A stretch of 64,000 nt of DNA from a virus (Duplodnaviria > Heunggongvirae > Uroviricota > Caudoviricetes), in IMG/VR virus record IMGVR_UViG_3300027295_000004; one strand, written 5' to 3'. Position 1 is the stretch's first letter, and every line of letters begins with the position of its first letter. The notes beneath the pieces are model-generated. The model ran no database searches and was not told the origin of the DNA. It worked only from the letters and a program-made list of their open reading frames with translations. This document shows, in pieces, positions 1 to 9,201 of the stretch. Position numbers and translations under genes: made by a program.

Positions 1-1
1 T

Positions 2-2095
2 TGTGAGAAATGCTAAAGGTTTAGTAGTCAGAAGGTCGCCATTTCGGTCATATTTTTTAAATACCTTGTTACTGCTATACACGTAAAAATTGTTGTATTT
101 GTCATGTCTGGCATATTTGTATGTCGTTGCCGGGAGGTCAATAATATTCTCAAATACATTATTAATTGGATTATAGACAAATATTTTATTCTGATTATCG
201 TCCAATATCCAAGCACGTCCTTCGCCATCAACGCTCATATCTGTAACCGCTGCATTTGTGCCTGGAATTGCTTTATCAAAAAGATATCTTCCTTCTGTAT
301 TTGTTACGAAAATATGACCGTATGTGCTATCAGTATAAATCAAGAAATCATCTTTAATTCCTGTGTGATATGATAAACCATAACCACCATTATAATAATT
401 TCCAATTATTTGATCTGCTGCTGCATTTGACCAGTTGTCAAAATAAACCCACGCAGCCACGGTCAGGTTGTATTTTGCAAAGAATGATTCGCTTGCGGAA
501 TACGAAATATACTCACTGCCTGTAAATGTAAATTCCGAGTTATTAAACCTTGTATAGGTTATGTTATCTTCGGTACTATTTGTTGCGTTTTCAAGATTGG
601 CTTTAGTCCAATTTTTAATTTCAAGGACCTTGTCACAATTATTGAAATCAGCATCTTCAATTAGCTTTAAGCTATACTCTGCGCCGATATGAAAATATTT
701 GTACAAAACACCAGCCTCGAATGTCAATGTTGATGGCGCGTCTGAAATATACGGATTTGGTTCATCTGCAGTTAGTGCTAGCTTATATTCAATCTGTTGT
801 GGATTATACCATCTATCAACCCATATAGACTGACAATTATTGCCACTCAGCCAACTGCAAAGCCATGTGCCGTTTCGTGTTGTAGAATTGCCATTGTTTG
901 TGCTCGTTTCGTATCCGAATTGTGATTTCCAAATACGATCTGCTTTTATAGGAGATAGGCCAGCTATAGCACCAGCTTCAATCAAACCAGATGACGAAAT
1001 TGGTACCGTTGATGTACCATATGGATAATGGAAGTATGTCAGCTTATCTGGTTCTAAATTAAATTGTTTCGTTGATGCACTATATGATGTAGTGACTTTA
1101 TTATAAGCGTCATCGACAATATTATCACCTAGAGTAACTGTTTGGTAGTCCCGATTTAACACTACATCATTTCTTTTACTATATTTGTATTCTGGTGTGA
1201 AAAGATTCTTTAGAGATACCGCATTTGATTTTAGCTGTCCTGTATAGTCTGTGGTTGGTGTGTATGTGCCACTATCTTTGAACGATGTGGCGATTAAATA
1301 GTTATTAGGAAACGATTGACTCGATGCGATTTCCATGTCTCCGTAAATTGTGTCATTATTATCAATTACACTTTCATATTTTACATAGCGGCTCGAATTT
1401 AATGTATATGGCTTGATAGACAAATCTACATTTTTAAGCTTGAACAAATATGAATAGCAGCTATTGGCAGATAATGGGTTGTAGGTTTCAAAGGTCACCA
1501 ATGATGTTCCTGGTGTTGATTCGTCATATGAAACCACACGATACCCACTAGTGTCGCACGTGCTACAAAATAATACAAGAGTGTTTGTGTCTGTATTCAG
1601 AATATATTTGAATTTTTGAAGATGTTCTATGTCGGAGTTATATACATCAAAATAAGCACATGCTCCAGTGGCGTCGACTGTTAGATATAAGCGCTGATTT
1701 AAATCTTCCGAAACAATGCTTAGTGCATCATCGTTTGTGTCAAACTCTAATTGGAATATATTATTCGTAGATTCCGCAGATGTTGCGATATTTGCAGAAT
1801 CATACCGAGTTCTTGTTAAATAATACCCACTCGCTGAGGTCATAATACAGTTGCGTATTAAATTGTTTTGGTATTTGACCTCATCTCTTTTTGTTTCAAT
1901 GGTTGGTGCCTCTATAAGATCAGTTAAAAATACAAGACTATTTTCGTTAAAATCCAAACTACGAATACATGATGCAAGATTATTTTCTGAGAAAATTAAC
2001 CCATCGCTGGTACCAATAACGGCATCGCTTAAATCTAGCTTATTATTGATATAGCTAACGCTAACTGGTTTCCAGTCGATGTATTTTACTGCCAT
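2..2095 (-). CDS. Large putative virion protein, 3'-truncated by the window edge (>=698 aa), with a LamG/concanavalin-like domain followed by beta-propeller-like repeats
   Basis: Not in the ORF track because it has no stop inside the window. Hand translation from ATG 2095 (MAVKYIDWKPVS...) stays open to position 2. It contains LamG-like 'NLTVAAWVYFDNWSNAAADQIIGNYYNGGYGL' and NHL-like 'AVTDMSVDGEGRAWILDDNQNKIFVYNP'. TAAATA lies 5 nt upstream. Confidence 0.8.
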   Translation of the reverse strand, partial: MAVKYIDWKPVSVSYINNKLDLSDAVIGTSDGLIFSENNLASCIRSLDFNENSLVFLTDLIEAPTIETKRDEVKYQNNLIRNCIMTSASGYYLTRTRYDSANIATSAESTNNIFQLEFDTNDDALSIVSEDLNQRLYLTVDATGACAYFDVYNSDIEHLQKFKYILNTDTNTLVLFCSTCDTSGYRVVSYDESTPGTSLVTFETYNPLSANSCYSYLFKLKNVDLSIKPYTLNSSRYVKYESVIDNNDTIYGDMEIASSQSFPNNYLIATSFKDSGTYTPTTDYTGQLKSNAVSLKNLFTPEYKYSKRNDVVLNRDYQTVTLGDNIVDDAYNKVTTSYSASTKQFNLEPDKLTYFHYPYGTSTVPISSSGLIEAGAIAGLSPIKADRIWKSQFGYETSTNNGNSTTRNGTWLCSWLSGNNCQSIWVDRWYNPQQIEYKLALTADEPNPYISDAPSTLTFEAGVLYKYFHIGAEYSLKLIEDADFNNCDKVLEIKNWTKANLENATNSTEDNITYTRFNNSEFTFTGSEYISYSASESFFAKYNLTVAAWVYFDNWSNAAADQIIGNYYNGGYGLSYHTGIKDDFLIYTDSTYGHIFVTNTEGRYLFDKAIPGTNAAVTDMSVDGEGRAWILDDNQNKIFVYNPINNVFENIIDLPATTYKYARHDKYNNFYVYSSNKVFKKYDRNGDLLTTKPLAFLT

Positions 2096-2116
2096 AGATT
2101 TATTTAGGGGTATAGT

Positions 2117-2668
2117 TTAATCATTGAAATACTTTGCACATAAAGAGCGATATGTGCTGTCTGAAGTAATCGAACTGTCAAAATTTGGATCTGCTATTAC
2201 TGTATATATTTTCCCTGTTGTTTGATTTTCAAAAACTAAGAGCATTTCATTTTTGTTGATGTACCTTGTTTTGATTAGTCTTGTTGTGCTTCCATTGATA
2301 GATGATGCTGAATCTAGACGTATCGGGCCCACCGGCACGGCGTATGCGGTTGGTTGGAAAGTAGTGACGCTGTATGCAGAAATGCGGACCGTGAATGTTT
2401 TTTGATCTAATATGCTCTGTCTTGTATATGTTTTGGAAATATTATAATTACGCACATTCCCGGGATCTGCCGAAACTGGAAGTGCTGAGACGGCCGAAGC
2501 AGGTGCAGACGAAGCAAACCAAAAAACGGTCCTAGACGAACCATCCCCAAAATCAAAATATACCTTTGCAAGATTTGCGGGTGGAAGTGTGGACATTAAG
2601 AACGTTACAGTTATAGGCGACGTCCCACTGATTGCTGATATGCTTGTTAGATTGACATTTGCTGTCAT
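2117..2668 (-). CDS. Putative structural protein with a PKD/Ig-like domain
   Basis: Ser/Thr-rich beta protein with PKD signature 'VYFDFGDGSS'; late-promoter motif 5 nt upstream. Confidence 0.6.
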   Translation of the reverse strand: MTANVNLTSISAISGTSPITVTFLMSTLPPANLAKVYFDFGDGSSRTVFWFASSAPASAVSALPVSADPGNVRNYNISKTYTRQSILDQKTFTVRISAYSVTTFQPTAYAVPVGPIRLDSASSINGSTTRLIKTRYINKNEMLLVFENQTTGKIYTVIADPNFDSSITSDSTYRSLCAKYFND

Positions 2669-2681
2669 ACAAATATTTACG

Positions 2682-2710
2682 TTGCAAATCTTTTAAACAA
2701 AGATTATAAT
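2682..2710 (+). promoter_or_regulatory. sigma70-like early promoter of the dNMP kinase/RNase H operon
   Basis: TTGCAA-17 nt-TATAAT, with the ATG (2716) 5 nt downstream. Confidence 0.6.
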
Positions 2711-2715
2711 ATTGC

Positions 2716-3390
2716 ATGAAATATTTAATTTTAGGAATTGCGGGCAAAGCGACGTCAGGTAAAGATACTTTTTACGAAATATTGAAAAATTCTTTACCGG
2801 AATACCAAGTGCGGAGAGTCTCGATTGGTGATTATATTCGTATCGACATAAATCATCTTGGGTACTTTGCTAGTAACAATCTTAATGTTTTTAACTTTAC
2901 GCCTGCGGAAAAAGAGGAAATCCGGCCGCTAATGGTGGAATATGCCAACCTAGTTCGCAGCAAATCAAAGGGCACTTATTTCTTAGATATAATTGATAAA
3001 CAAATCGAGCACACCGTCACTCAGTCTGTAAATCGTTCGAAATACTATGATTCGGAACGAATTATAGGGTCGCAAACGAATCCCATCGATTCGACAAAAC
3101 CGTTAATTTTGTGTATTACAGATATTCGTTTTCAAGAATATGAAAATGACGAAGTTAATTGGTTGCAGCAGAGGCATAATGGTAAATTAATCTATATCGA
3201 TCGATACGATCTTGTTGATGGAAACAAAATGCCAATTTCCTTTATCAATGAGACTGAAAAGGAACAAATCCCTAAATTGATGAATCGAGCAGATATATGC
3301 ATTAGCTGGCCAACCACTCCAGATCTTAACCTTAAAAATTATGTCACACCAATCGCAGACGAAATCCGACAAAATTGGTTGCCTGTATAA
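2716..3390 (+). CDS. Deoxynucleoside monophosphate kinase (T4 gp1-like)
   Basis: P-loop 'GIAGKATSGKDT' and 'ITDIRF..E.DEV' motif typical of phage dNMP kinases. Confidence 0.75.
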   Translation: MKYLILGIAGKATSGKDTFYEILKNSLPEYQVRRVSIGDYIRIDINHLGYFASNNLNVFNFTPAEKEEIRPLMVEYANLVRSKSKGTYFLDIIDKQIEHTVTQSVNRSKYYDSERIIGSQTNPIDSTKPLILCITDIRFQEYENDEVNWLQQRHNGKLIYIDRYDLVDGNKMPISFINETEKEQIPKLMNRADICISWPTTPDLNLKNYVTPIADEIRQNWLPV

Positions 3391-3673
3391 AGCAACCTAC
3401 ATAGAAAGATTCTTTATTATCCTTGATGAATCTGAGCTGAGTTTGACATTACTGATTTACCCAACCTATTCCAAAGCTGTTGTGTCTAAAACAGAATTTT
3501 TAGCTAGCATTGCACAAAAACAAGTTGAGTATATTGCAACCCTGCCGCAAAGTGATATCACAGATCTACAGAAGTCATATTCTGGTGACAAATTAGAACC
3601 ATTCAAACAAGCATATGAAGATTATCATCGACGGAAACAATCTATTATTTCGAGCGAGCTTTGCGATTCCTGA
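3341..3673 (+). CDS. Hypothetical protein
   Basis: Fills the gap between kinase and RNase H with overlapping ends; start uncertain. Confidence 0.55.
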   Translation: MSHQSQTKSDKIGCLYKATYIERFFIILDESELSLTLLIYPTYSKAVVSKTEFLASIAQKQVEYIATLPQSDITDLQKSYSGDKLEPFKQAYEDYHRRKQSIISSELCDS

Positions 3674-4505
3674 ATTTCGGAATAGTGACGGCGTGAATAT
3701 TGCTGCAATCGCACAGAGTTTGAAAATGATTCGGTCGTATGCTATTGGATATGATACCAAGGATGTCATCGTTACATGGGACCAGAAGCTTGATTATGAT
3801 CCAGCAAGACCTTCGTTCCGCAGTGAGTTGAATGATAATTACAAGCAGAATCGAAGCGACAACACGGCAGTGTATCATACCGTTTCATATATTATTGAGT
3901 TTCTTAAATATATGGGCGTTCCTTCTATATATCCATATCGAATGGAGGCGGACGATGTTATTGCATGGCTTTGCCAAAAAGAATCTGGCGCGATCACAGT
4001 CATTTCCGGTGATAAAGATCTTTTGCAGTTAGTAAATGAACGGGTTAGTGTTTTTAATCCATACCAGAAGAAAACATACACACATTTGAATTTTGAAAAT
4101 GAAGTAGGACTTCCTATCGAACAATTTGTATTGTATAAATGTATTTTAGGGGATCCTTCCGATAACATCAAAGGGCTCGATAGGTATGGTGAAAAGAAAT
4201 CAAAGAAATTAGCTGTGGAGATTGGTGGCTTTGATAATTTGAGTAGTGTTTGCGATGCTCATCAGATTGAAGTCATTCTCACTAATCGAAAAATCATGGA
4301 TTTGGGTATGGGGTGGTCTTCAGAGCCAGACGAGATGAAATCGTATGAAGATCAATATGCTTGGTTAAATACTACACAGGATCCGGTGAAATTTGTCGAA
4401 CTCGCGAATAAATTAGAAATGACCAAACTTGCCAATGATAGTCACTACTGGCTTAATCCATTTACATCGAAATTGAGTGACGTCATGGCACAATGGTTTT
4501 CATAA
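3615..4505 (+). CDS. rnh: RNase H / 5'-3' flap exonuclease (T4 rnh-like)
   Basis: 'IIDGNNLLFRA', 'YKQNR', 'EADDVIA', 'ISGDKDLLQL', 'GDPSDNIKG'. Confidence 0.92.
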   Translation: MKIIIDGNNLLFRASFAIPEFRNSDGVNIAAIAQSLKMIRSYAIGYDTKDVIVTWDQKLDYDPARPSFRSELNDNYKQNRSDNTAVYHTVSYIIEFLKYMGVPSIYPYRMEADDVIAWLCQKESGAITVISGDKDLLQLVNERVSVFNPYQKKTYTHLNFENEVGLPIEQFVLYKCILGDPSDNIKGLDRYGEKKSKKLAVEIGGFDNLSSVCDAHQIEVILTNRKIMDLGMGWSSEPDEMKSYEDQYAWLNTTQDPVKFVELANKLEMTKLANDSHYWLNPFTSKLSDVMAQWFS

Positions 4506-4506
4506 T

Positions 4507-4695
4507 ATGGAAATACGTACGTATCCAATTAACGATTATAATCTTTATGCCTGCAATTTAAAATTGCACATATCAGAGATTCTAGCGTTGCACTATGATA
4601 GTGAAGCACTATTTGAAAAACAATTGATTCAGAAAATCAAAGAGCAAACTGCAGAAGTTGCTGAACGCATTAAAACCCAAAAAGAAAATGTTTAG
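4507..4695 (+). CDS. Small hypothetical protein
   Basis: ATG 2 nt after the rnh stop; operon packing. Confidence 0.5.
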   Translation: MEIRTYPINDYNLYACNLKLHISEILALHYDSEALFEKQLIQKIKEQTAEVAERIKTQKENV

Positions 4696-5098
4696 TTCAT
4701 TTTTTGTACCTCTCTTTAAATCGATTCTATTGCTGGTCGTAGTGGGGTCGAGTATATCTGGTGTATTCTCCTTATTCTTTGACTGGAGTCTGTTAAAATT
4801 CAGTATTGCGACGGCAATCGCGATAGTCTTGCAGATCACTGTTAAATGGTATGCGGATCTCTTTCGTTCCTCAAGAATTCAAGAATTAGTTGATACAATG
4901 CCATCACCAACAATCAAAATGAATATTGAGTGTGCGTTCTGCAAAAAGCCCAGTATCATTGATTATAATGTGTATGAAGAAGAATACGAATGTGTGCATT
5001 GCAAAAATATAAATGCCATTTACGGTAAATTTTATGCTGCTCGCAAGATCGTACCAGTAGATACTTTATTGACTAATCATGAATCCTCAATACAGTAA
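4688..5098 (+). CDS. Membrane protein with two predicted TM helices and a C-terminal zinc ribbon
   Basis: Hydrophobic 'SILLLVVVGSSISGVFSLFF' and 'FSIATAIAIVLQITV'; CAFC...CVHC pairs. Confidence 0.65.
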   Translation: MFSSFFVPLFKSILLLVVVGSSISGVFSLFFDWSLLKFSIATAIAIVLQITVKWYADLFRSSRIQELVDTMPSPTIKMNIECAFCKKPSIIDYNVYEEEYECVHCKNINAIYGKFYAARKIVPVDTLLTNHESSIQ

Positions 5099-5432
5099 CA
5101 TCGATACATCAAAATATAGCGAAATGCTTCGTTCAATGGATATTTTTAAATCTTCTTTGATCGACGAAACGCCTGCAGATAGAACCAAAAAACATCTAGT
5201 AGAGCTTACCTGCTTTGATAAAGACTGCTATACTGTGGGTGAGATGTTGAGTAAGCAAATATTAGATGCGAGAGACCTTGGCTCGTCGTTAAAGACATTA
5301 TTGCATTCGATGTTCACAAATGCAGATCCTATGGTTATTGATGAAATAGTATCCGCTGCAAAAATTGACGACCACAAAAAGAATCAAATAATCTCGTATA
5401 TTGGAGGATTTATTTCTGGCTTAATAAAATAA
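5079..5432 (+). CDS. Hypothetical protein
   Basis: 117 aa ORF overlapping its neighbours in an operon. Confidence 0.6.
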   Translation: MNPQYSNIDTSKYSEMLRSMDIFKSSLIDETPADRTKKHLVELTCFDKDCYTVGEMLSKQILDARDLGSSLKTLLHSMFTNADPMVIDEIVSAAKIDDHKKNQIISYIGGFISGLIK

Positions 5433-5435
5433 TAT

Positions 5436-5879
5436 ATGCTCACGTGCAAATGTATTAAATGCCACAAATACAAACAAAGATCGCAAATAAGCTGGAAACA
5501 GGCTACTATTGAGTATGGTGCTAGAGAGCTATTACGTGCAAATTTTATTTGCGGTGAATGTCAGAAAAATCAACGCCAGGAAAAATTCAAATACATGCTC
5601 GAGAGATCGAGTGATTATGTGCAGTTGATGCATAAAATCTCAAAAGAGAAACACAAATACGACACTACAAAATACGGATTGCCATTTCCTCAATGCATAC
5701 AAAAATTTAAAGAAACCATCGACAAATATCTTAGAGAATCGTATATACAAAATTATACTTTTATAGTTGAAAATAACAATTTAACAGGCATATTAGTTAA
5801 CAACATTCCTTTTATCAAACAAATAATTTTAAAAATCTATGAAAAAACTCCGCAAATACCAAAGGCCGAAACCGAATAA
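5436..5879 (+). CDS. Hypothetical protein with N-terminal Cys pairs (possible zinc finger)
   Basis: CIKC ... CGEC. Confidence 0.55.
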   Translation: MLTCKCIKCHKYKQRSQISWKQATIEYGARELLRANFICGECQKNQRQEKFKYMLERSSDYVQLMHKISKEKHKYDTTKYGLPFPQCIQKFKETIDKYLRESYIQNYTFIVENNNLTGILVNNIPFIKQIILKIYEKTPQIPKAETE

Positions 5880-6111
5880 GTTTGAAGATCAAGATGTGCA
5901 CGTCGTTTCACGATGGCTCGCGCTGATCCGTTCAGTAAATGTCATTTTTGATAAAGCCGATAAATTAGGAGTTCACGAAGATCTTGTTGATTTATCGCCA
6001 AACGACATTCAAGATTATATTGATGATATAAGCGGGGATATTTATTTTGAAATTATGGGATCTGGCAACGCCAATAAAATCCGACCATACGCATCTCGTT
6101 TGACTGCATGA
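5839..6111 (+). CDS. Hypothetical protein
   Basis: 90 aa ORF in the operon, ATGA overlap with the next gene. Confidence 0.55.
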   Translation: MKKLRKYQRPKPNKFEDQDVHVVSRWLALIRSVNVIFDKADKLGVHEDLVDLSPNDIQDYIDDISGDIYFEIMGSGNANKIRPYASRLTA

Positions 6112-6353
6112 ATTATATTCCTGGTGAAAAGCTTGAAGTGTTGAACGAACGATATTCATCCTTGGGATTTTCGCCTGGGGTATTTATCATACAAAATATC
6201 CGTCTCGATAGAGAGACACAAGAAATTGTCTATCGATTTACGAACGGCAAAACCATCAAATTTAAATCCATCCAAGAGGCGGAGGCGATTTTTGATAGAA
6301 TAAAGGGCGTAGTCCGTGAGATGACTACGCCCTTAGGTGGTGACGGGTATTAA
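6108..6353 (+). CDS. Hypothetical protein
   Basis: 81 aa, ATGA-coupled to the previous ORF. Confidence 0.55.
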   Translation: MNYIPGEKLEVLNERYSSLGFSPGVFIIQNIRLDRETQEIVYRFTNGKTIKFKSIQEAEAIFDRIKGVVREMTTPLGGDGY

Positions 6354-6366
6354 TTGAGGTTGAGTA

Positions 6367-7008
6367 TTAGCAGGCGTTTCCAGCACCAAGAGCAGGTGTA
6401 AGGCCAGTCGTTCTGTCGAAATCTGTAATGACTTGTGCCCCAGGAACTTTGGATTTATTGATACGGTAGTATTGATATGCCAATGTTGCATTGAATGTCA
6501 TGACTTCGGCATTGCCGGTCAATTCAAATGACAATCCATTAAACGCTACTGGATATACACCAATCAAATCATAGTATCTTACTGCTTCTCCCTTAATGTT
6601 TAACAAGGCTAGCGTAATGATATTTCTGCTATTAGGCACTCCATAGCAGCCCGTGGATGTTCCATCATCGAAGATATCGTAGCTCATTTGCTCGAATGCG
6701 TTTCGAATTGAAAGATCACCAGGCAATCTGAATGTAACTTGCCAGTTGTTGCTGTTATCATATTTGGCGTTGCCTGGTACATTAAAATCCAATCCCATAA
6801 ATGGTGCGGTAACGTTTTGGATAGTCCGGCCTGGCACTGTGGCTGTCGTTAGATATGCGTTTGAAATGCCACCATCTAGAGACGTTAACTCTGCCGCCAG
6901 TTTAGATAAAATGCCATCTCCATTGATCGCAGCAATGCGGAAGAGATTTCTTCGCTGAAATCCCTTTCTTTGGATTGTGTCGTAGTAGTCTTGAATACCT
7001 TGTGCCAT
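6367..7008 (-). CDS. gp19: Tail tube protein (T4 gp19-like)
   Basis: 'TATVPGRTI...PFMGLDFNVPG...WQVTF...YDLIGVYP...F..TLAYQY' tube pattern; downstream of sheath; TAAGTA 5 nt upstream. Confidence 0.85.
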   Translation of the reverse strand: MAQGIQDYYDTIQRKGFQRRNLFRIAAINGDGILSKLAAELTSLDGGISNAYLTTATVPGRTIQNVTAPFMGLDFNVPGNAKYDNSNNWQVTFRLPGDLSIRNAFEQMSYDIFDDGTSTGCYGVPNSRNIITLALLNIKGEAVRYYDLIGVYPVAFNGLSFELTGNAEVMTFNATLAYQYYRINKSKVPGAQVITDFDRTTGLTPALGAGNAC

Positions 7009-7023
7009 AAAAATACTTATGAT

Positions 7024-7374
7024 TTAACCTTGATTTTCTTTTAGGAACGCATACATATCTTCCAAAATCTCTTCGACTGCGTTGAATTGGTCCATTCTAT
7101 TTGTTTTAAAATAGCCTTCAAGGAACATAATCATACTTGAGTCTGTATTTTGATTTTTTTGATACTTTTCTCTCAATGATGTTTTCTGTGAGGCTTGGGG
7201 GGTATTAGATGCTGTTTTGACATGCATTCTCTCTGGCAAATATGTATTGATGACTGCTTCTCTCTCAGTCAGTTTTGCTGCTCTTGACGCTGGTGGTGCT
7301 TCAAACGGATCCATGTGAATAGAAGGTTTGCCAAATACTCTAGCGCCGTAAATTTCATCTAGTTTATTACTCAT
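7024..7374 (-). CDS. Hypothetical late protein
   Basis: 116 aa; its TAAGTA motif overlaps the stop codon of the endonuclease gene. Confidence 0.6.
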   Translation of the reverse strand: MSNKLDEIYGARVFGKPSIHMDPFEAPPASRAAKLTEREAVINTYLPERMHVKTASNTPQASQKTSLREKYQKNQNTDSSMIMFLEGYFKTNRMDQFNAVEEILEDMYAFLKENQG

Positions 7375-7388
7375 AGGTTTGAATGTAC

Positions 7389-9128
7389 TTATCTATCTTT
7401 GTATACAAAAACTGCATGACCACAATCCCAAATTCTGTCAAATCCATTATTCAACATGTTTTGATACTCCGATAGATTCTCATCATATTCTTTTAAGACC
7501 TTGTGTAATCTATGTTTCATAAATCCACTGCGGTGTTTGAGTGTATTGTTGATGACATACCAATAACCTGGTTTGCTGTCATGCTTATGTTTGAATCCTA
7601 ATTTGTGGTATAGATCACCATTCGAATATCTCAAGTCGGCATAAGTGATGATGTTTTGTGGGTTGTGTGTATTAATGAAATATTTTAGAAGCCTCGAAGC
7701 ACCACCAATGACAGTGTGGTTTAATTTATTACAAAACCGAATCATCTCCCAATCACTGTAATCACCTTTGACAATTTTACGATGACCAAAAGTCATCATA
7801 GATACCAATTGACTGTCATGGTATAGCCCATAAGAAATTTGGCTATTATCGTTTCCTTGTATATGGTTCTCGTCTAGGAATTTGACCTTCTCATGTCTAT
7901 CAGTTATTTGGTGGATGGTGCACTTTCTGCCAAATATCCTTTTCGAAATACCCAATTTACTATCTATAATAGATTTGACAATTTGTTGCTTTGTTTGCCA
8001 TTCAGATTCCCATATCTGGATTAATTGAATGTTTTTAGCTTTGCATTCCATATATTTATTACGATGGTAATTTTTGTCTTTTCCATTTGATTCATTGTGC
8101 CAATATATGCCATTGCATTCGATTGCTATGTTTTTTGATGGAATAAATATGTCTATTTCTTTTGGTGGTATAACGTCTCTTGAATTATTAATACACTCCA
8201 ACCCAAGGGTTTTTATGTATTGATATACCTCTAATTCGAATGCACTTGATCGAGGATTGCATTGAGGGCATATAAGTGTGTTTTGCCACTGACCACTCGA
8301 TATGGATCTGGTAAATTCGTGGCCACATGTCTGGTGCTTAATGTGATGTTTTCCTTCGTTTATGCCGTGGTTGGTAATCAATTCGTAGCCATTGTCTAAA
8401 AAATGTTCGGTCACTAATTTAATGCGATTTTTCTTTTTGGACTCTGCTACAAGTTGCTGGGAGCATCTTTTTGCATGGCATGATGAATAGCCAAATTTGC
8501 TATTTCGGAAGTTAAGGTGATTACCACATTTATGGCATTTTGGTGGTGTGTGTATGTTATGTATAAAGTTATAAAATACTTGTGACCATTTTATATCATC
8601 TCCATACTTAATATATCCGATTTTTAGCAGAGTAGATAGATGCGTACTATGTGTTCTTAGCAACGCTGTATTAAATGTTGAATTAGGTTGCTGAAGCCTT
8701 TCGAGGCAGAACGCCATTAAAGCATCATGTGATACTAATTCATGATTTGAATTTAAAATTTCAACAAATCCATTTTTTTTATTCTTCTCTGTGTTAATCT
8801 TTCCGTCTTTGCATGATTTCCATTTTGTAGATGCTCTCTTGCAAATGTTGTTTGAGCAAGTTTTTGAATATGGTTTGTTTTTATACCCCTTCCATTTTAA
8901 TGGCTTATTGCAAGCTTTACATCTTTGCTGAGATGTGGTCTTATTGACGATACAGTAAATTCGTTCAGAACAGCATGCTTGCTCGTCTAGAAATTTGGTC
9001 TTTTCTTTTATACTTTGATACAATTCACTAGAATCAAACCCGGGTTGTCTTAGCACAGCACTATTAATGTTACCTGTTTTGGTGTATAATTGTGCTTTTA
9101 TCTGTTCTATGAGTAATTCATCGTCCAT
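7389..9128 (-). mobile_element. Free-standing Hef-like homing endonuclease: Zn-finger repeats, PD-(D/E)xK/Vsr-like nuclease and a C-terminal GNAT/Mom-like domain
   Basis: Repeated CxxC units; 'KEIDIFIPSKNIAIECNGIYWH...YHRNKYMEC...IQLIQIWESEW'; C-terminal 'WEMIRFC..VIGGASRLLKYF..IITYADLRYSNGDLYHKLGF..RIWDCG'; lies between sheath and tube genes with its own extended -10 (TG-a-TATAAT, 9139-9147). Confidence 0.75.
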
Positions 9129-9154
9129 TATGAATATAATTATATCATCAACAT

Positions 9155-9189
9155 AAAATAAAAGCCAGTTTTTAGCTGGCTTTTATTTT
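9155..9189 (-). terminator. Rho-independent terminator after the tail sheath gene (potentially bidirectional)
   Basis: AAAATAAAAGCCAG-loop-CTGGCTTTTATTTT inverted repeat. Confidence 0.75.
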
Positions 9190-9201
9190 TGAATGTATTG
9201 A

